Source: Candidatus Hydrogenedentota bacterium (lineage in GTDB: Bacteria > Hydrogenedentota > Hydrogenedentia > Hydrogenedentales > JAJRTN01). From it: DNA of 64,000 nt. The notes beneath the pieces are model-generated. The model was not told where the DNA came from. It ran no database searches and worked only from the letters and a program-made list of their open reading frames with translations. The stretch spans positions 14,560 through 78,559 of the forward strand of contig JAJRTN010000045.1 in the NCBI GenBank assembly GCA_024278275.1, in the 5' to 3' direction. Below, in pieces: positions 1-8,568 of the stretch. Numbering within the stretch: the first letter of the stretch is position 1; every line of letters begins with the position of its first letter. The position numbers and the translations under genes are program-made.

Positions 1-55
1 GGGCGGGCGCAAGCCGGGCCAATCGAAGACGCCGCCGTCCGGCGCTTTGACACCG

Positions 56-259
56 CTACCGCAGCGCAGGGAGAAGGTCGCCTTCGTAAACGGGCGTATC
101 GGTGGGGATATCCGCCGTAAGCCGGCGGAGCGCGACCGACTCGGCGCGGCACGCGGGACACGCCGCGAGATGTTGGTTGAGGATTCTCGCCTCGTCGGGC
201 GGCAACGTCTCATAGAACGAGGCGGTCAGCATTCCCCGAACCTGCCTGCAACCTTTCAT
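56..259 (-). CDS. Putative small anti-sigma factor (ZAS-like zinc motif H-x3-C-x2-C), cognate to upstream ECF sigma
   Basis: 67-aa ORF immediately downstream (same strand) of the ECF sigma gene. Contains HLAACPACR (HxxxCxxC), typical of zinc-binding anti-sigma domains. No TM segment. Calling it an anti-sigma rests on position plus motif. Confidence 0.5.
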   Translation of the reverse strand: MKGCRQVRGMLTASFYETLPPDEARILNQHLAACPACRAESVALRRLTADIPTDTPVYEGDLLPALR

Positions 260-334
260 GATGAATCCTTTCCGGAAAAGGGGGAGGGACGCGTCTCTGA
301 GCGCGCCTGCTTTCCCTTGTGTTCATCTGTTTTC

Positions 335-934
335 CTAGACGGTATCGTAGAAGTCTTTGAGTTCCACGCGAAGTTTCTTGAGCGCCCGGAACAGGTGAAC
401 CTTCACGCTGCCCACGGTGCAGCCCATCTCCCCGGCAATCTCGGCCAGGGGAAAGCCTTCATAATGACGAAGGACAAACACCGTCCTCTGGGCCGGCGAG
501 AGGACGGACAGGGATTCTCGAACCTTGGCGTCAATCTCCCGCGCACGCACGGCCTCTTCCGTGGCCGCCGTCGCGGGGGTAATCGCGGCATCTTCCTGGC
601 CGGGCACGAAGGTCTCGTCCAACGACACATGACGGTTCCGCTTCCCACGCCGCAGGTGGTCGATGCCCTGGTTGACGGTCAGCCGGAGCAGCCAGGCCAA
701 AAACGGCCCGGTAGGCTGCCAACTGCCAATCTTCCGGTAGGCCTTCAGGAGTGCTTCCTGCGCCACGTCAAGAGCGTCCTCGCGATTGCCCGTTACCCGG
801 TAGGCCGTGGCATACACACGCCCCTGGTAGCGCCGGACAATCTCGTCGAAAGCGGCCTCATCGCCGCCCTTGAGCGCCAGGGCCAGTGCGGTGTCGCCCA
901 AAGCCTTCAAGTCTTTCCTTCCCTTGCTGGTCAC
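335..934 (-). CDS. ECF-type RNA polymerase sigma factor (sigma-70 family, regions 2 and 4)
   Basis: 199 aa. Region 2 (…EIVRRYQGRVYATAYRVTGNREDALDVAQEALLKAYRKI…) and a region 4 helix-turn-helix (…FPLAEIAGEMGCTVGSVKVHLFRALKKLR…) are recognisable. Size and architecture are typical of RpoE-like ECF sigmas. Confidence 0.85.
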   Translation of the reverse strand: MTSKGRKDLKALGDTALALALKGGDEAAFDEIVRRYQGRVYATAYRVTGNREDALDVAQEALLKAYRKIGSWQPTGPFLAWLLRLTVNQGIDHLRRGKRNRHVSLDETFVPGQEDAAITPATAATEEAVRAREIDAKVRESLSVLSPAQRTVFVLRHYEGFPLAEIAGEMGCTVGSVKVHLFRALKKLRVELKDFYDTV

Positions 935-1051
935 CGGTAATAACGCGCTCCATGGGTTAAAGGTTTACAGTACCGTTTTAGGGCCACGGATGCCAACAGG
1001 GGAACTCTCGGGAATATATTCGAGCCGGCAAGCGTGGGCTGTCCGATGGCA

Positions 1052-2071
1052 TCATACCAGGAAAAGGTAGTCCTCACCTTCACGGTAGCCCCGTGGGCCG
1101 AACCATTCCCGGATGGTTTGCCTTGCGCCGGGGGCGCCCACCATGACCAGTGTGAATACCGATCCGGGCGGGGGAAGTTCTTCGGGAGCGATGATGGGCA
1201 CGTCGTGGATGCGCCCGCCTATTTTCCGGGGATTGATGTCCACCGCCGCCAGGGGTTTCCGGCTCCTCCATTCCCGGAGCCATCGTTTTCCCACTTCACC
1301 CGCGCCCCACTGGTAGAACGGACGATCTCCCTGCAGGTACGAGGCAAAGAGGTAATGGCGTTTCAGCTTTCGGAATTGGCCCTCCCCATAGCGGGAGGAG
1401 GTCATGGAGAGACGTCCGGGGCGGTCGTGCCAATCGAGCAGGCACCGGGGCACCTTACCCAGGGGGCAGCCCGTGCGCCAAAAGCGCATGACCAGATCGT
1501 AGTCTTCGGCCCAGCCGTGGTCCTGGTAGCCGCCGATAGCCTGGTAGGCCTGGCGGCGCATCATGAAGGTGGGGTGGGGCAAGGGACATTCGATGAACAA
1601 ATCCCGCGCCAAATCCTCGGGACGGACCAGGTGGTTGATCCACGCTTCGTAACGCCTTCGGCCCGGACCAATAGCGGTACCGGTCATGCGAATGCGCGTG
1701 CCGCACAGGGCCATGGCCTCGTGTGCCTCCAGCAAGGCGACCTGCGCGGCGAGACGTTCGGGATAGGCCCGGTCGTCGGCGTCCATGCGGGCGATGTAAG
1801 TGCCTCCGGCCTCGGCGCAACCCCGCCGCAGGGCGTCCACGATGCCCACATGGGAGGAAGAAACGAGACGAATACGGGGGTCCTCCGACGCGGCCCGGGC
1901 GGCAATGGCCGCCGAACCATCCTCGGACCCGTCATCGAAGGCAATCAATTCCCAATCCGCGAAAGTCTGCTCCCGAATGGAGGCAATGGCTTGGCCGAGG
2001 GTGGAAGCGGCGTTGAAAAAAGGCAGCACCACCGATACCGTGGGCGCGGAATGCAGGGCGTCGTTACGCAA
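1052..2071 (-). CDS. Family 2 glycosyltransferase
   Basis: N-terminal VSVVLPFFNAASTLGQAIASIREQTF…FDDGSEDGS…ARMDADD is a GT2 (GT-A fold, DxD) signature. 339 aa. Confidence 0.8.
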   Translation of the reverse strand: MRNDALHSAPTVSVVLPFFNAASTLGQAIASIREQTFADWELIAFDDGSEDGSAAIAARAASEDPRIRLVSSSHVGIVDALRRGCAEAGGTYIARMDADDRAYPERLAAQVALLEAHEAMALCGTRIRMTGTAIGPGRRRYEAWINHLVRPEDLARDLFIECPLPHPTFMMRRQAYQAIGGYQDHGWAEDYDLVMRFWRTGCPLGKVPRCLLDWHDRPGRLSMTSSRYGEGQFRKLKRHYLFASYLQGDRPFYQWGAGEVGKRWLREWRSRKPLAAVDINPRKIGGRIHDVPIIAPEELPPPGSVFTLVMVGAPGARQTIREWFGPRGYREGEDYLFLV

Positions 2072-3557
2072 GGTTGATCGTCAGGGCCGTAAAGGAATGG
2101 GCCGGGAAAACATGGGTGAAGGTGCCGCCCTCGGCGTCCACCCTGACGCGTTTGGGCTTGACGGCGCCGGGGGTGTCGAAGTTGTTTCGCGCGCGCGGAT
2201 CATCGGCGTTCAACACGCGCCCGGAAACAGAGGCGATAGTGTGCTCCCGCAATTCCACCGTGGTCTCCACGTCCTCGTCAATACTCTGGTTGGATACGGT
2301 CAGCAGGATCTTGCGGCCTACGCCGGAAGCGCTGGCATCGAGGACGGCCACGGAACGTTTGGCGGAGCCGCCGACGCCGTGGGCTTCGTAGGTGGGCACG
2401 TCAAGCTCCCGGGTGAGGAGGCGTGCGCCCATGTGGGGCCGCATCATGTCGAAAACGTGGTACGTAGGCGTGAGAAACATGCGCGCGCCGTCGGTGACGG
2501 CCATGCACTGTAAAACGTTCACCGTTTGGGCGATATTGGCCATGCTCACCCGGTGGGACCACCGGTTGAAGAGGTTGAGCACGGAGCCCGCGAGGAGAGC
2601 GTCGCGGAGGGTGTGCTCCTGTTCGAGCCCGTTCTCGACGGTGGCCGAGGGGTGCCACATCCCCCACTCATCCACGGCGATGCCCACGTGCTTGTGGGGA
2701 TAGAAGTAACGCAGGACGGATTCCGTGAGTTCGAGGTCGTGTTCCAGGGAGAGCACGTCGGCAAACAAGGCATGGAAATCGCCGTCGGAAAACTTGACGC
2801 CGTCGCCACGCTTGAAATAGCGGTGCAGGGAGATGTGGTCGATGAGATCCGGGTAGGGCATCTCCTGGCAGAAGTCGTGGTTGAAGGTGTTGAACAAGGG
2901 ATTCTTGTAGTCGTCGAAGGTGGCACCGCAGGCAATGAGTTCCACGGAGGGATCCACGGCACGCAGGTACGTGGCGAAACGGGCATAGTCCCTGGCGTAA
3001 TCTCCGCCCCGGTAGCGGCCGCCGCATCCCCAGTTTTCGTTGCCCACGCCCCAGTACTTGACCCCGTAAGGCTCGGGGGAACCATTCGCCGCGCGCTGCC
3101 GGGTGAGGGTGGTATCGCCCCCGAAGTTGCAGTACTCCAGCCAGTCTCGTGCTTCCCAGGGCGACCCGGATCCCACGTTGCAGCAAACATAGGGAGCGCA
3201 GCCCACGGCCCGGCAGAAACGCATGAACTCGTCCGTGCCCACCTGGTTGGGCTCCCCCTGTTTCCACCACAGGTTCATGGTGGTAGGGCGCTCTTTCTTG
3301 GGGCCGATGCCGTCGCGCCAGTGATAGTCATCGGCGAAACATCCACCGGGCCAGCGCATCACGGGAGCGCGAAGGTGTTTGAGTGCCGCGAGAATGTCCA
3401 GGCGGAGCCCGTCTTCCTGCGGGACACGGCGTTGTCCGTCCACCCAGATGCCTTCATAAACGCAACGTCCCAGATGCTCGGCGAAGTGGCCGTAGATATT
3501 GGGGCTGATGCGCGACCGCCGCAAGGCGGGCCACAGCCGGATGACGCCCTTGCTCAT
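2064..3557 (-). CDS. abfA: Alpha-L-arabinofuranosidase, glycoside hydrolase family 51
   Basis: 497 aa with the hallmark GH51 motifs NIYGHFAEHLGRCVYEGIWV and YWGVGNENWGCGG (catalytic acid/base region). Overlaps the downstream GT2 by 8 nt, indicating translational coupling. Confidence 0.85.
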   Translation of the reverse strand: MSKGVIRLWPALRRSRISPNIYGHFAEHLGRCVYEGIWVDGQRRVPQEDGLRLDILAALKHLRAPVMRWPGGCFADDYHWRDGIGPKKERPTTMNLWWKQGEPNQVGTDEFMRFCRAVGCAPYVCCNVGSGSPWEARDWLEYCNFGGDTTLTRQRAANGSPEPYGVKYWGVGNENWGCGGRYRGGDYARDYARFATYLRAVDPSVELIACGATFDDYKNPLFNTFNHDFCQEMPYPDLIDHISLHRYFKRGDGVKFSDGDFHALFADVLSLEHDLELTESVLRYFYPHKHVGIAVDEWGMWHPSATVENGLEQEHTLRDALLAGSVLNLFNRWSHRVSMANIAQTVNVLQCMAVTDGARMFLTPTYHVFDMMRPHMGARLLTRELDVPTYEAHGVGGSAKRSVAVLDASASGVGRKILLTVSNQSIDEDVETTVELREHTIASVSGRVLNADDPRARNNFDTPGAVKPKRVRVDAEGGTFTHVFPAHSFTALTINLA

Positions 3558-4393
3558 GGGTCCATTTCCCCTTCGATGACATCGAACTGATTCAGGTAAC
3601 CGTAGACCGGACCGCTGATGAAGTCGCGTACCCGTTGCAGGTTATCAACCACGATGTCGAGGGCATCGGGTTTTACCGGTTGACGGCCAAAGACCCCCTT
3701 TACTTCCACGAAAACCTCGTTCAGACTGAAACGAAAGGACTCGATGGTAACGTGCAGTTCCCCGGGCGCTTCGTTGGTTTCGGGAAGCACGAAACGCAGA
3801 CCGCCCACGGCCAGGGGACGCTGAAAATGGAGTCCCACCCGGCCTTTCTGGGCACACAGGTGATCAATAAGGAACTCACGGGCATCCTCGAAATGGGTAA
3901 GGGCGAAGGTGGAGCGAACCGTTGCGGTATGGGCCATGAACACGGGTACCTGCCGCGCTTCCATGGCCCGCGAAGCGACCTCGCGCAAACGCACCAAAAA
4001 GTCCGAAAGTGCCGTGTCGGCCCATTCCTCCACCAGGAGCATGCGGTCGGGCAGGAAAATGGCCAGGGACTGGCTCTTCTTGCCACGACGGGAGTAAAAG
4101 CGGGATTGGACCGGATTGGTGAAATCGGTGCTGTCGTAGGCGGCATGTTTTGTCTGGGAAAGATCAAAATACAGCTTCTGCAGGGCCGGTACCTCGACGG
4201 GCGAGGGTCGATGAATGAGTTCGGTCGAAAAATGAATAATGCGATCTTCGGACTGCATGGGCGTGACTCCCTCGGGAAAGACGGGGCCTCCTGCCGGTTC
4301 CATTCCCCGTCTGAATGGTGCGTACCTTGAGTATAGGTATTGACCGTGGCCCTTTACAAACATGGAGGTGCCCTTGGGAATCATGGTGACCAT
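3554..4393 (-). CDS. Hypothetical protein (no recognisable domain), co-operonic with BlaI-like repressor and GH51
   Basis: 279-aa ORF. It overlaps the GH51 start by 4 nt and lies 28 nt downstream of the BlaI-like gene. No motif recognised. Start could be M1, M4 or M11. Confidence 0.5.
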   Translation of the reverse strand: MVTMIPKGTSMFVKGHGQYLYSRYAPFRRGMEPAGGPVFPEGVTPMQSEDRIIHFSTELIHRPSPVEVPALQKLYFDLSQTKHAAYDSTDFTNPVQSRFYSRRGKKSQSLAIFLPDRMLLVEEWADTALSDFLVRLREVASRAMEARQVPVFMAHTATVRSTFALTHFEDAREFLIDHLCAQKGRVGLHFQRPLAVGGLRFVLPETNEAPGELHVTIESFRFSLNEVFVEVKGVFGRQPVKPDALDIVVDNLQRVRDFISGPVYGYLNQFDVIEGEMDP

Positions 4394-4421
4394 GAGCCGC
4401 GCGGGGACGGGGCGGCCGGGA

Positions 4422-4817
4422 TCAGGTCCGTTTCTTGACCTGCTTGCGTACGCGCTTCAGTTCTCCCTTGGAAAGATTGCCATGCTTGATGATGGCGGAC
4501 ACCAATTCACCTTGCGAACCGTTCGTGAAAACTTCCGCCATGCGCAGGGCGGTCTGCCGGAGCAATTCATTCCGCGGCGCCACGGTCTGATAGTGGAACG
4601 CCTTACCACGCTTGACGCGGATGACGTAGCCCTGTCGCATAAGCACGCGGAGGACGGAGCGGAGGGTGGCGTTGTTCAACGACCAGGAGAAACGCGCTTG
4701 AATCTCGGCGGGCTTCAGGCCGGACTCATCCCACAGGATGCGGAGCGCTTCCAACTGGTTCCGATTGAGGTCGAGGGGTATGGCGGTATGGCCTTCCATC
4801 AGGGGTGAAGGTAGCAC
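4422..4817 (-). CDS. BlaI/MecI/CopY-family winged-helix transcriptional repressor
   Basis: 131 aa. The N-terminal …LNRNQLEALRILWDESGLKPAEIQARFS…ATLRSVLRVLMRQGYV… matches the penicillinase-repressor wHTH. No BlaR1/M56 sensor-protease gene is adjacent. Confidence 0.7.
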   Translation of the reverse strand: MLPSPLMEGHTAIPLDLNRNQLEALRILWDESGLKPAEIQARFSWSLNNATLRSVLRVLMRQGYVIRVKRGKAFHYQTVAPRNELLRQTALRMAEVFTNGSQGELVSAIIKHGNLSKGELKRVRKQVKKRT

Positions 4818-4889
4818 ATCACGGGGTACAATGCCAGCTTCCCGGGGCCGCCAACCTGGGTTTTCCGTGGCGAAGCGGTGGAAAACGGG

Positions 4890-5984
4890 CTAGCGGCACA
4901 GGGCCTCGACCACCCTGTCCCCGAACTCGCGGGTGGTGAGGACGGTACACTTGCCCTCGGGATCGCGCAGGTCCGCCGTGGTGACGCCCGCGCCGAAAAC
5001 GCTCCGCATGGCGTCCCACACGCGGCGGGCCTCGTCGGCCATATCAAAGCTCTTTTCCAGCATAAGGGCGACGGAACCAATCATGCTGTAGGGATTGGCG
5101 ATACCCTTTCCGGCGATATCGGGGGCGCTGCCGTGGGACGGTTCGTAGTACGATTTTTTCGTGCCCATGCAGGCCGACGGCATGAGGCCCAGGGAACCCA
5201 GAATACCCCCCGCCAGATCGCTGAGAATATCGCCGAACATGTTCTCCATGACCATCACGTCGAACTGACGGGGATCCAGGATCATGGCCGTGGCGGCGGC
5301 ATCGACGATGACATGCTTCACCTCGACGCCGGGGTAGTCCGCGGCCACTTCATCGACCACCTCGTTCCACAGCACACTGGACATGAGCACGTTGCTCTTA
5401 TGGATGCTGTGGAGGACTTTCTTTCGTTTTACGGCCTCCTCGAAGGCCACCACCAGGATGGAGCGAATCTCGTCTTCGTTATAGGAAAGCGTTTCGTTGA
5501 CGTAACGCAAGCCCTGGTCCGTGACTCCCTGTTCCTTGGCGCCGAAATAAAGTCCGCCCACCAGTTCACGAATGATGATGATATCCACGCCGCCGGCCAC
5601 GCGTTCGGGTTTGAGCGGCGAAAAATGAGCCAGTTCCGGCGGCAGGTAGACGGGCCGGAAGTTGGCGTAGGTGTTGTACCGCTTGCGCATCGGGAGAAGA
5701 CCGCCGCGCTCGGGCTGCTCTTCGGGAGGAATCTTTTTGGACGCCTCCGTACCGAGGCCGATGGGCCCCTTGAGGATGGCGTCGGAAGCGTCACAGATCG
5801 CCTTGGTCTCTTCGGGAAAGGCCGAGCCGGTCTCGAACCAGGCCGCCGCACCGAAGGGGGCGCGCCTCAGTTCAAAGGCCACGCCCGCCTGTTTGCCGAT
5901 GACTTCCAACACGCGGAGCGCTTCCGCGGTAATTTCCGGGCCGATGCCGTCGCCTTCCAAGACGGCGATACTGTACTGTTTCAT
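4890..5984 (-). CDS. leuB: 3-isopropylmalate dehydrogenase (isocitrate/isopropylmalate dehydrogenase family)
   Basis: MKQYSIAVLEGDGIGPEI…QPERGGLLPMRK…NMFGDILSDLAGG…HGSAPDIAGKGIANP aligns along its length to the LeuB family. True ATG is at 5984, with an RBS-like GGA upstream. The ORF-track extension to 6086 would run through a terminator hairpin and is rejected. Confidence 0.8.
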   Translation of the reverse strand: MKQYSIAVLEGDGIGPEITAEALRVLEVIGKQAGVAFELRRAPFGAAAWFETGSAFPEETKAICDASDAILKGPIGLGTEASKKIPPEEQPERGGLLPMRKRYNTYANFRPVYLPPELAHFSPLKPERVAGGVDIIIIRELVGGLYFGAKEQGVTDQGLRYVNETLSYNEDEIRSILVVAFEEAVKRKKVLHSIHKSNVLMSSVLWNEVVDEVAADYPGVEVKHVIVDAAATAMILDPRQFDVMVMENMFGDILSDLAGGILGSLGLMPSACMGTKKSYYEPSHGSAPDIAGKGIANPYSMIGSVALMLEKSFDMADEARRVWDAMRSVFGAGVTTADLRDPEGKCTVLTTREFGDRVVEALCR

Positions 5985-6009
5985 CCTATGCTCTTTTCCG
6001 GGAGTGGGC

Positions 6010-6050
6010 AAAAAAGAGGGGCGGCAACCACCTTGTTGCGCCCGTTTTTC
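6010..6050 (-). terminator. Rho-independent terminator-like hairpin, bidirectional (A-run / GC stem / T-run), downstream of 6221-7462 gene and 26 nt upstream of leuB start
   Basis: Plus strand reads aaaaaa-gaggggcggcaacc-acc-ttgttgcgccc-gttttt: a GC-rich 9-10 bp stem flanked by an A-tract and a T-tract. Confidence 0.5.
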
Positions 6051-6220
6051 GCGATGATCGCAATGGGAATACGAGGGGACTTTCATGGTAGCACCCCGCG
6101 CGGCCCGCGTTCAAAAAAGACGAAAGGGAGAAGCGTCCCTGGATTCATATACTTAAGTGCAACGGTTTGTCAGCGCAGGGGCCTAAGCCCTCTTCCGCCG
6201 GTGCCGTTCGTCGCGGGTTA

Positions 6221-7414
6221 TTATGGGGTGCGGTAATGACGGCGGATAGCCTCTTCAATCTCATCCATCGCTGCGGCATAGGGCTGTACGCGCTGGCGAA
6301 CGGCAAGCTGAAGGTCGTCCAGGGCGACGAGGTCAAGCGGGTTGGCCATGGCGACCGAAAGGACTTCCCGGTCGATGTGGAAGGGCAGGCAGGTGTGGCG
6401 TCGGGCCAATTGCGGCGTGACCACGCGGAGCGCCCGGGGATCGATATTGGATTCCCGCAGGTGAATAAAAGGCACTTCCGTCTGGGCCGCAAGGGCTTGG
6501 GCAATGCGGGTGTGGGAAGTGTAGCCCTTGTCCACGAGGATTTGTCCCAGGTGACGGTTACCTTGGGCCTGTTTGGCGATCAGGGCTTCATCGAGTTGAT
6601 CCTGGGAGATGACTTGGGCCTCCACCAGGATCTGCCCCATGCGACGCTTCTGGCCATGTTCGTCACGAACGCTGGCGATCATGCGACGGTAGGGATCCAC
6701 GGGTGCAGCGTTTGGGGCGGCGCCGGTGTCCCCGGTGGCGCCGGGTGATAGGGCTGTCGCATTGATCACACCACGCCGTGCCGAATCAAGTTCCCCCTGG
6801 AGCGCGTCGATCCGTTCACGCAACGCGGCGATTTCTTCCCGTGCCGTGGCAACGACTTCGGCTTCATGGTTTTTCGCGTTGGCATGGGCTTCCCGTGCCG
6901 CGGCAAGCTCCGTCCTTAACGCGCTGACACGGTCCTGCAAGTCGGCCTCGCGTTCGCTGGGCAAAGACACCGGCCCCGTACCGGTCTCATAGGCAATCAG
7001 CGCATCACTTTCGGCGGAAAGTACGGGGGATCCCTCGCCCCGTATGGCGAGAAGCCGTTCCATGAGTTGCTCCCCCGCGCGGACCGTGGTGTTGGCCTGC
7101 TCCAGCAAGCCTTCCAGGGCGCGCTCGAAGGTCCCCAGGTACATGCCGAGTTCCGCAACGGCTGAAACCGCCTCATCAACACATCGGCGCCGTTCTTCCG
7201 GGCTCTGCTCGACGGCGTCCAGGCCGATGCGGGCCGTAACCAGGGAGGGGTAAAGGGAACGCTGCACGTCCAGCATGCGCGCCACCGAATTCAGCCGTTC
7301 CCGGCCATCCGCGATGGCGCGAAGCACCCCATGATGGGCCTTTCCCGCGCGAGCGTTCCACGCGGCAACGGCTGCCTCCAACTCCGCGAAAATGTTTTCT
7401 ACTTCATCGCCCAT
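6221..7414 (-). CDS. Coiled-coil protein with C-terminal GspE-N (T2SSE_N / MshEN-type) domain; predicted c-di-GMP receptor
   Basis: The N-terminal ~280 aa is Ala/Glu/Arg-rich and heptad-like (coiled coil). The C-terminus carries tandem MshEN-like motifs: RRMGQILVEAQVISQDQLDEALIAKQ then HLGQILVDKGYTSHTRIAQALAAQ…VPFIHL…IDPRALRVV. This matches the N-terminal domain of GspE/MshE ATPases, but no ATPase domain follows. I prefer the ATG at 7414 (strong RBS GGAGGGAG 9 nt upstream). The ORF-track start at 7462 is a TTG. Confidence 0.7.
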   Translation of the reverse strand: MGDEVENIFAELEAAVAAWNARAGKAHHGVLRAIADGRERLNSVARMLDVQRSLYPSLVTARIGLDAVEQSPEERRRCVDEAVSAVAELGMYLGTFERALEGLLEQANTTVRAGEQLMERLLAIRGEGSPVLSAESDALIAYETGTGPVSLPSEREADLQDRVSALRTELAAAREAHANAKNHEAEVVATAREEIAALRERIDALQGELDSARRGVINATALSPGATGDTGAAPNAAPVDPYRRMIASVRDEHGQKRRMGQILVEAQVISQDQLDEALIAKQAQGNRHLGQILVDKGYTSHTRIAQALAAQTEVPFIHLRESNIDPRALRVVTPQLARRHTCLPFHIDREVLSVAMANPLDLVALDDLQLAVRQRVQPYAAAMDEIEEAIRRHYRTP

Positions 7415-7535
7415 GCGACACCACTCCCTCCAATGCCCCGCGGCTGCGATTTCCCCGCGCAAGTATTATAGGGTGGCGCTGTGGGCCCTGCAAGAAGGGT
7501 AATGGCATCGGTCAACCGAATACCAACCGCCGCAT

Positions 7536-8405
7536 TCAGGTCGGTAATTCCCCGGGAACCACCAGGTCGGTCACGTCAAGTCCCGCGGCATCGCGTTGCT
7601 TCAGGTCGCGAAGAAACTCGATGAAGCCGATGGCGGGTTGCCAGCCAAGAACTTTTTCCGCTTCGGAAAGATCGTGCTGCTCAACACGTTCGGGTATGTG
7701 TATTCCATATTTCTCGATGAGGCCGCGCGCGCCGGGAAGCTGCTCTTCGCACCAATCCGGACCCAGCGCTGAAAAACGGGCCACCACTTCGGCGGGCATG
7801 TGGTGGTTCGTGTGGACAATCGTATTGAAAAGCCCAATGTCCTTTTCCGTCACCCCGCGCAAGGCGGCGAGCGTTGCCGTCGCCACGTCCTGACGGTCCA
7901 CGCCGTTCCGCAGCAGGCGCGCGCCGAAATCCAGGTACGGACCGGGCACGAAAGCATGATAGCGCAACATGGCCACGGAAGCCCCGGTCATTTCATGGTA
8001 CGCGCGGCACAGTTCTTCTCCCAGAACCTTGGTTACGGAATAAACACCGCGCCAGCCATAGGCCATGGAAGAGGCATACACCACCGGCGGGCCACCGTTG
8101 CCCCGGCAGGTTTCGAGAAGGTTGAATGTGCCGTCCACATTGACCGCGAAGATGGTTCGGTCGCTCACCGGGGGAAAGTGCCCGCAATGCCACGCCGCAA
8201 GATGGATCACGGCATCCACGCCCGTCACCGCGGCCTCGACATCCGACGGCGTGCGCGTGTCGCATCGGACGAATTCGCCCAGCGCGCGAACATCATCGGG
8301 CGGGGTGGCCACATCGGCCAGCCTGAGTTCATAGCCTGCTTCGGCAAGCAGTCTGCTCACGGCGATGCCGGCGTTGCCCGCCGCGCCCGTAATCAATACT
8401 TTCAT
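7536..8405 (-). CDS. NAD-dependent epimerase/dehydratase (extended SDR family)
   Basis: MKVLITGAAGNAGIAVSRLL (Rossmann GxxGxxG) plus a YxxxK-type active-site region. 289 aa. Confidence 0.85.
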   Translation of the reverse strand: MKVLITGAAGNAGIAVSRLLAEAGYELRLADVATPPDDVRALGEFVRCDTRTPSDVEAAVTGVDAVIHLAAWHCGHFPPVSDRTIFAVNVDGTFNLLETCRGNGGPPVVYASSMAYGWRGVYSVTKVLGEELCRAYHEMTGASVAMLRYHAFVPGPYLDFGARLLRNGVDRQDVATATLAALRGVTEKDIGLFNTIVHTNHHMPAEVVARFSALGPDWCEEQLPGARGLIEKYGIHIPERVEQHDLSEAEKVLGWQPAIGFIEFLRDLKQRDAAGLDVTDLVVPGELPT

Positions 8406-8568
8406 AGCGTTTCCTTTGAATCCTATATGTTTTTTTAATTAATCACTAAACTAATGATAGAGGCCCGCATGGTCGAGTTCAAGTATCGAGCCGACACCGT
8501 TTGCGACGGGTGACGCGGGGTGATAGGCTTGCGAATCGAGTTGATGCCGAGAGGGGAGGAGTGAAGCC

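Noticed and set aside
47-940. 297-aa plus-strand ORF overlapping the sigma-factor gene
   Set aside because: Antisense to a clearly recognisable ECF sigma factor. Arg/Gly/Pro-rich translation typical of spurious high-GC antisense ORFs.
1034-2077. 347-aa plus-strand ORF opposite the GT2 gene
   Set aside because: No motifs. The antisense strand carries a convincing GT2. High-GC frame artefact.
5984-6086. 34-codon in-frame N-terminal extension of leuB (ATG at 6086) as a possible leu leader peptide
   Set aside because: No run of Leu codons. The extension would translate through the terminator hairpin. LeuB family proteins start at MK.YxIAVLPGDGIGPE, matching the ATG at 5984.
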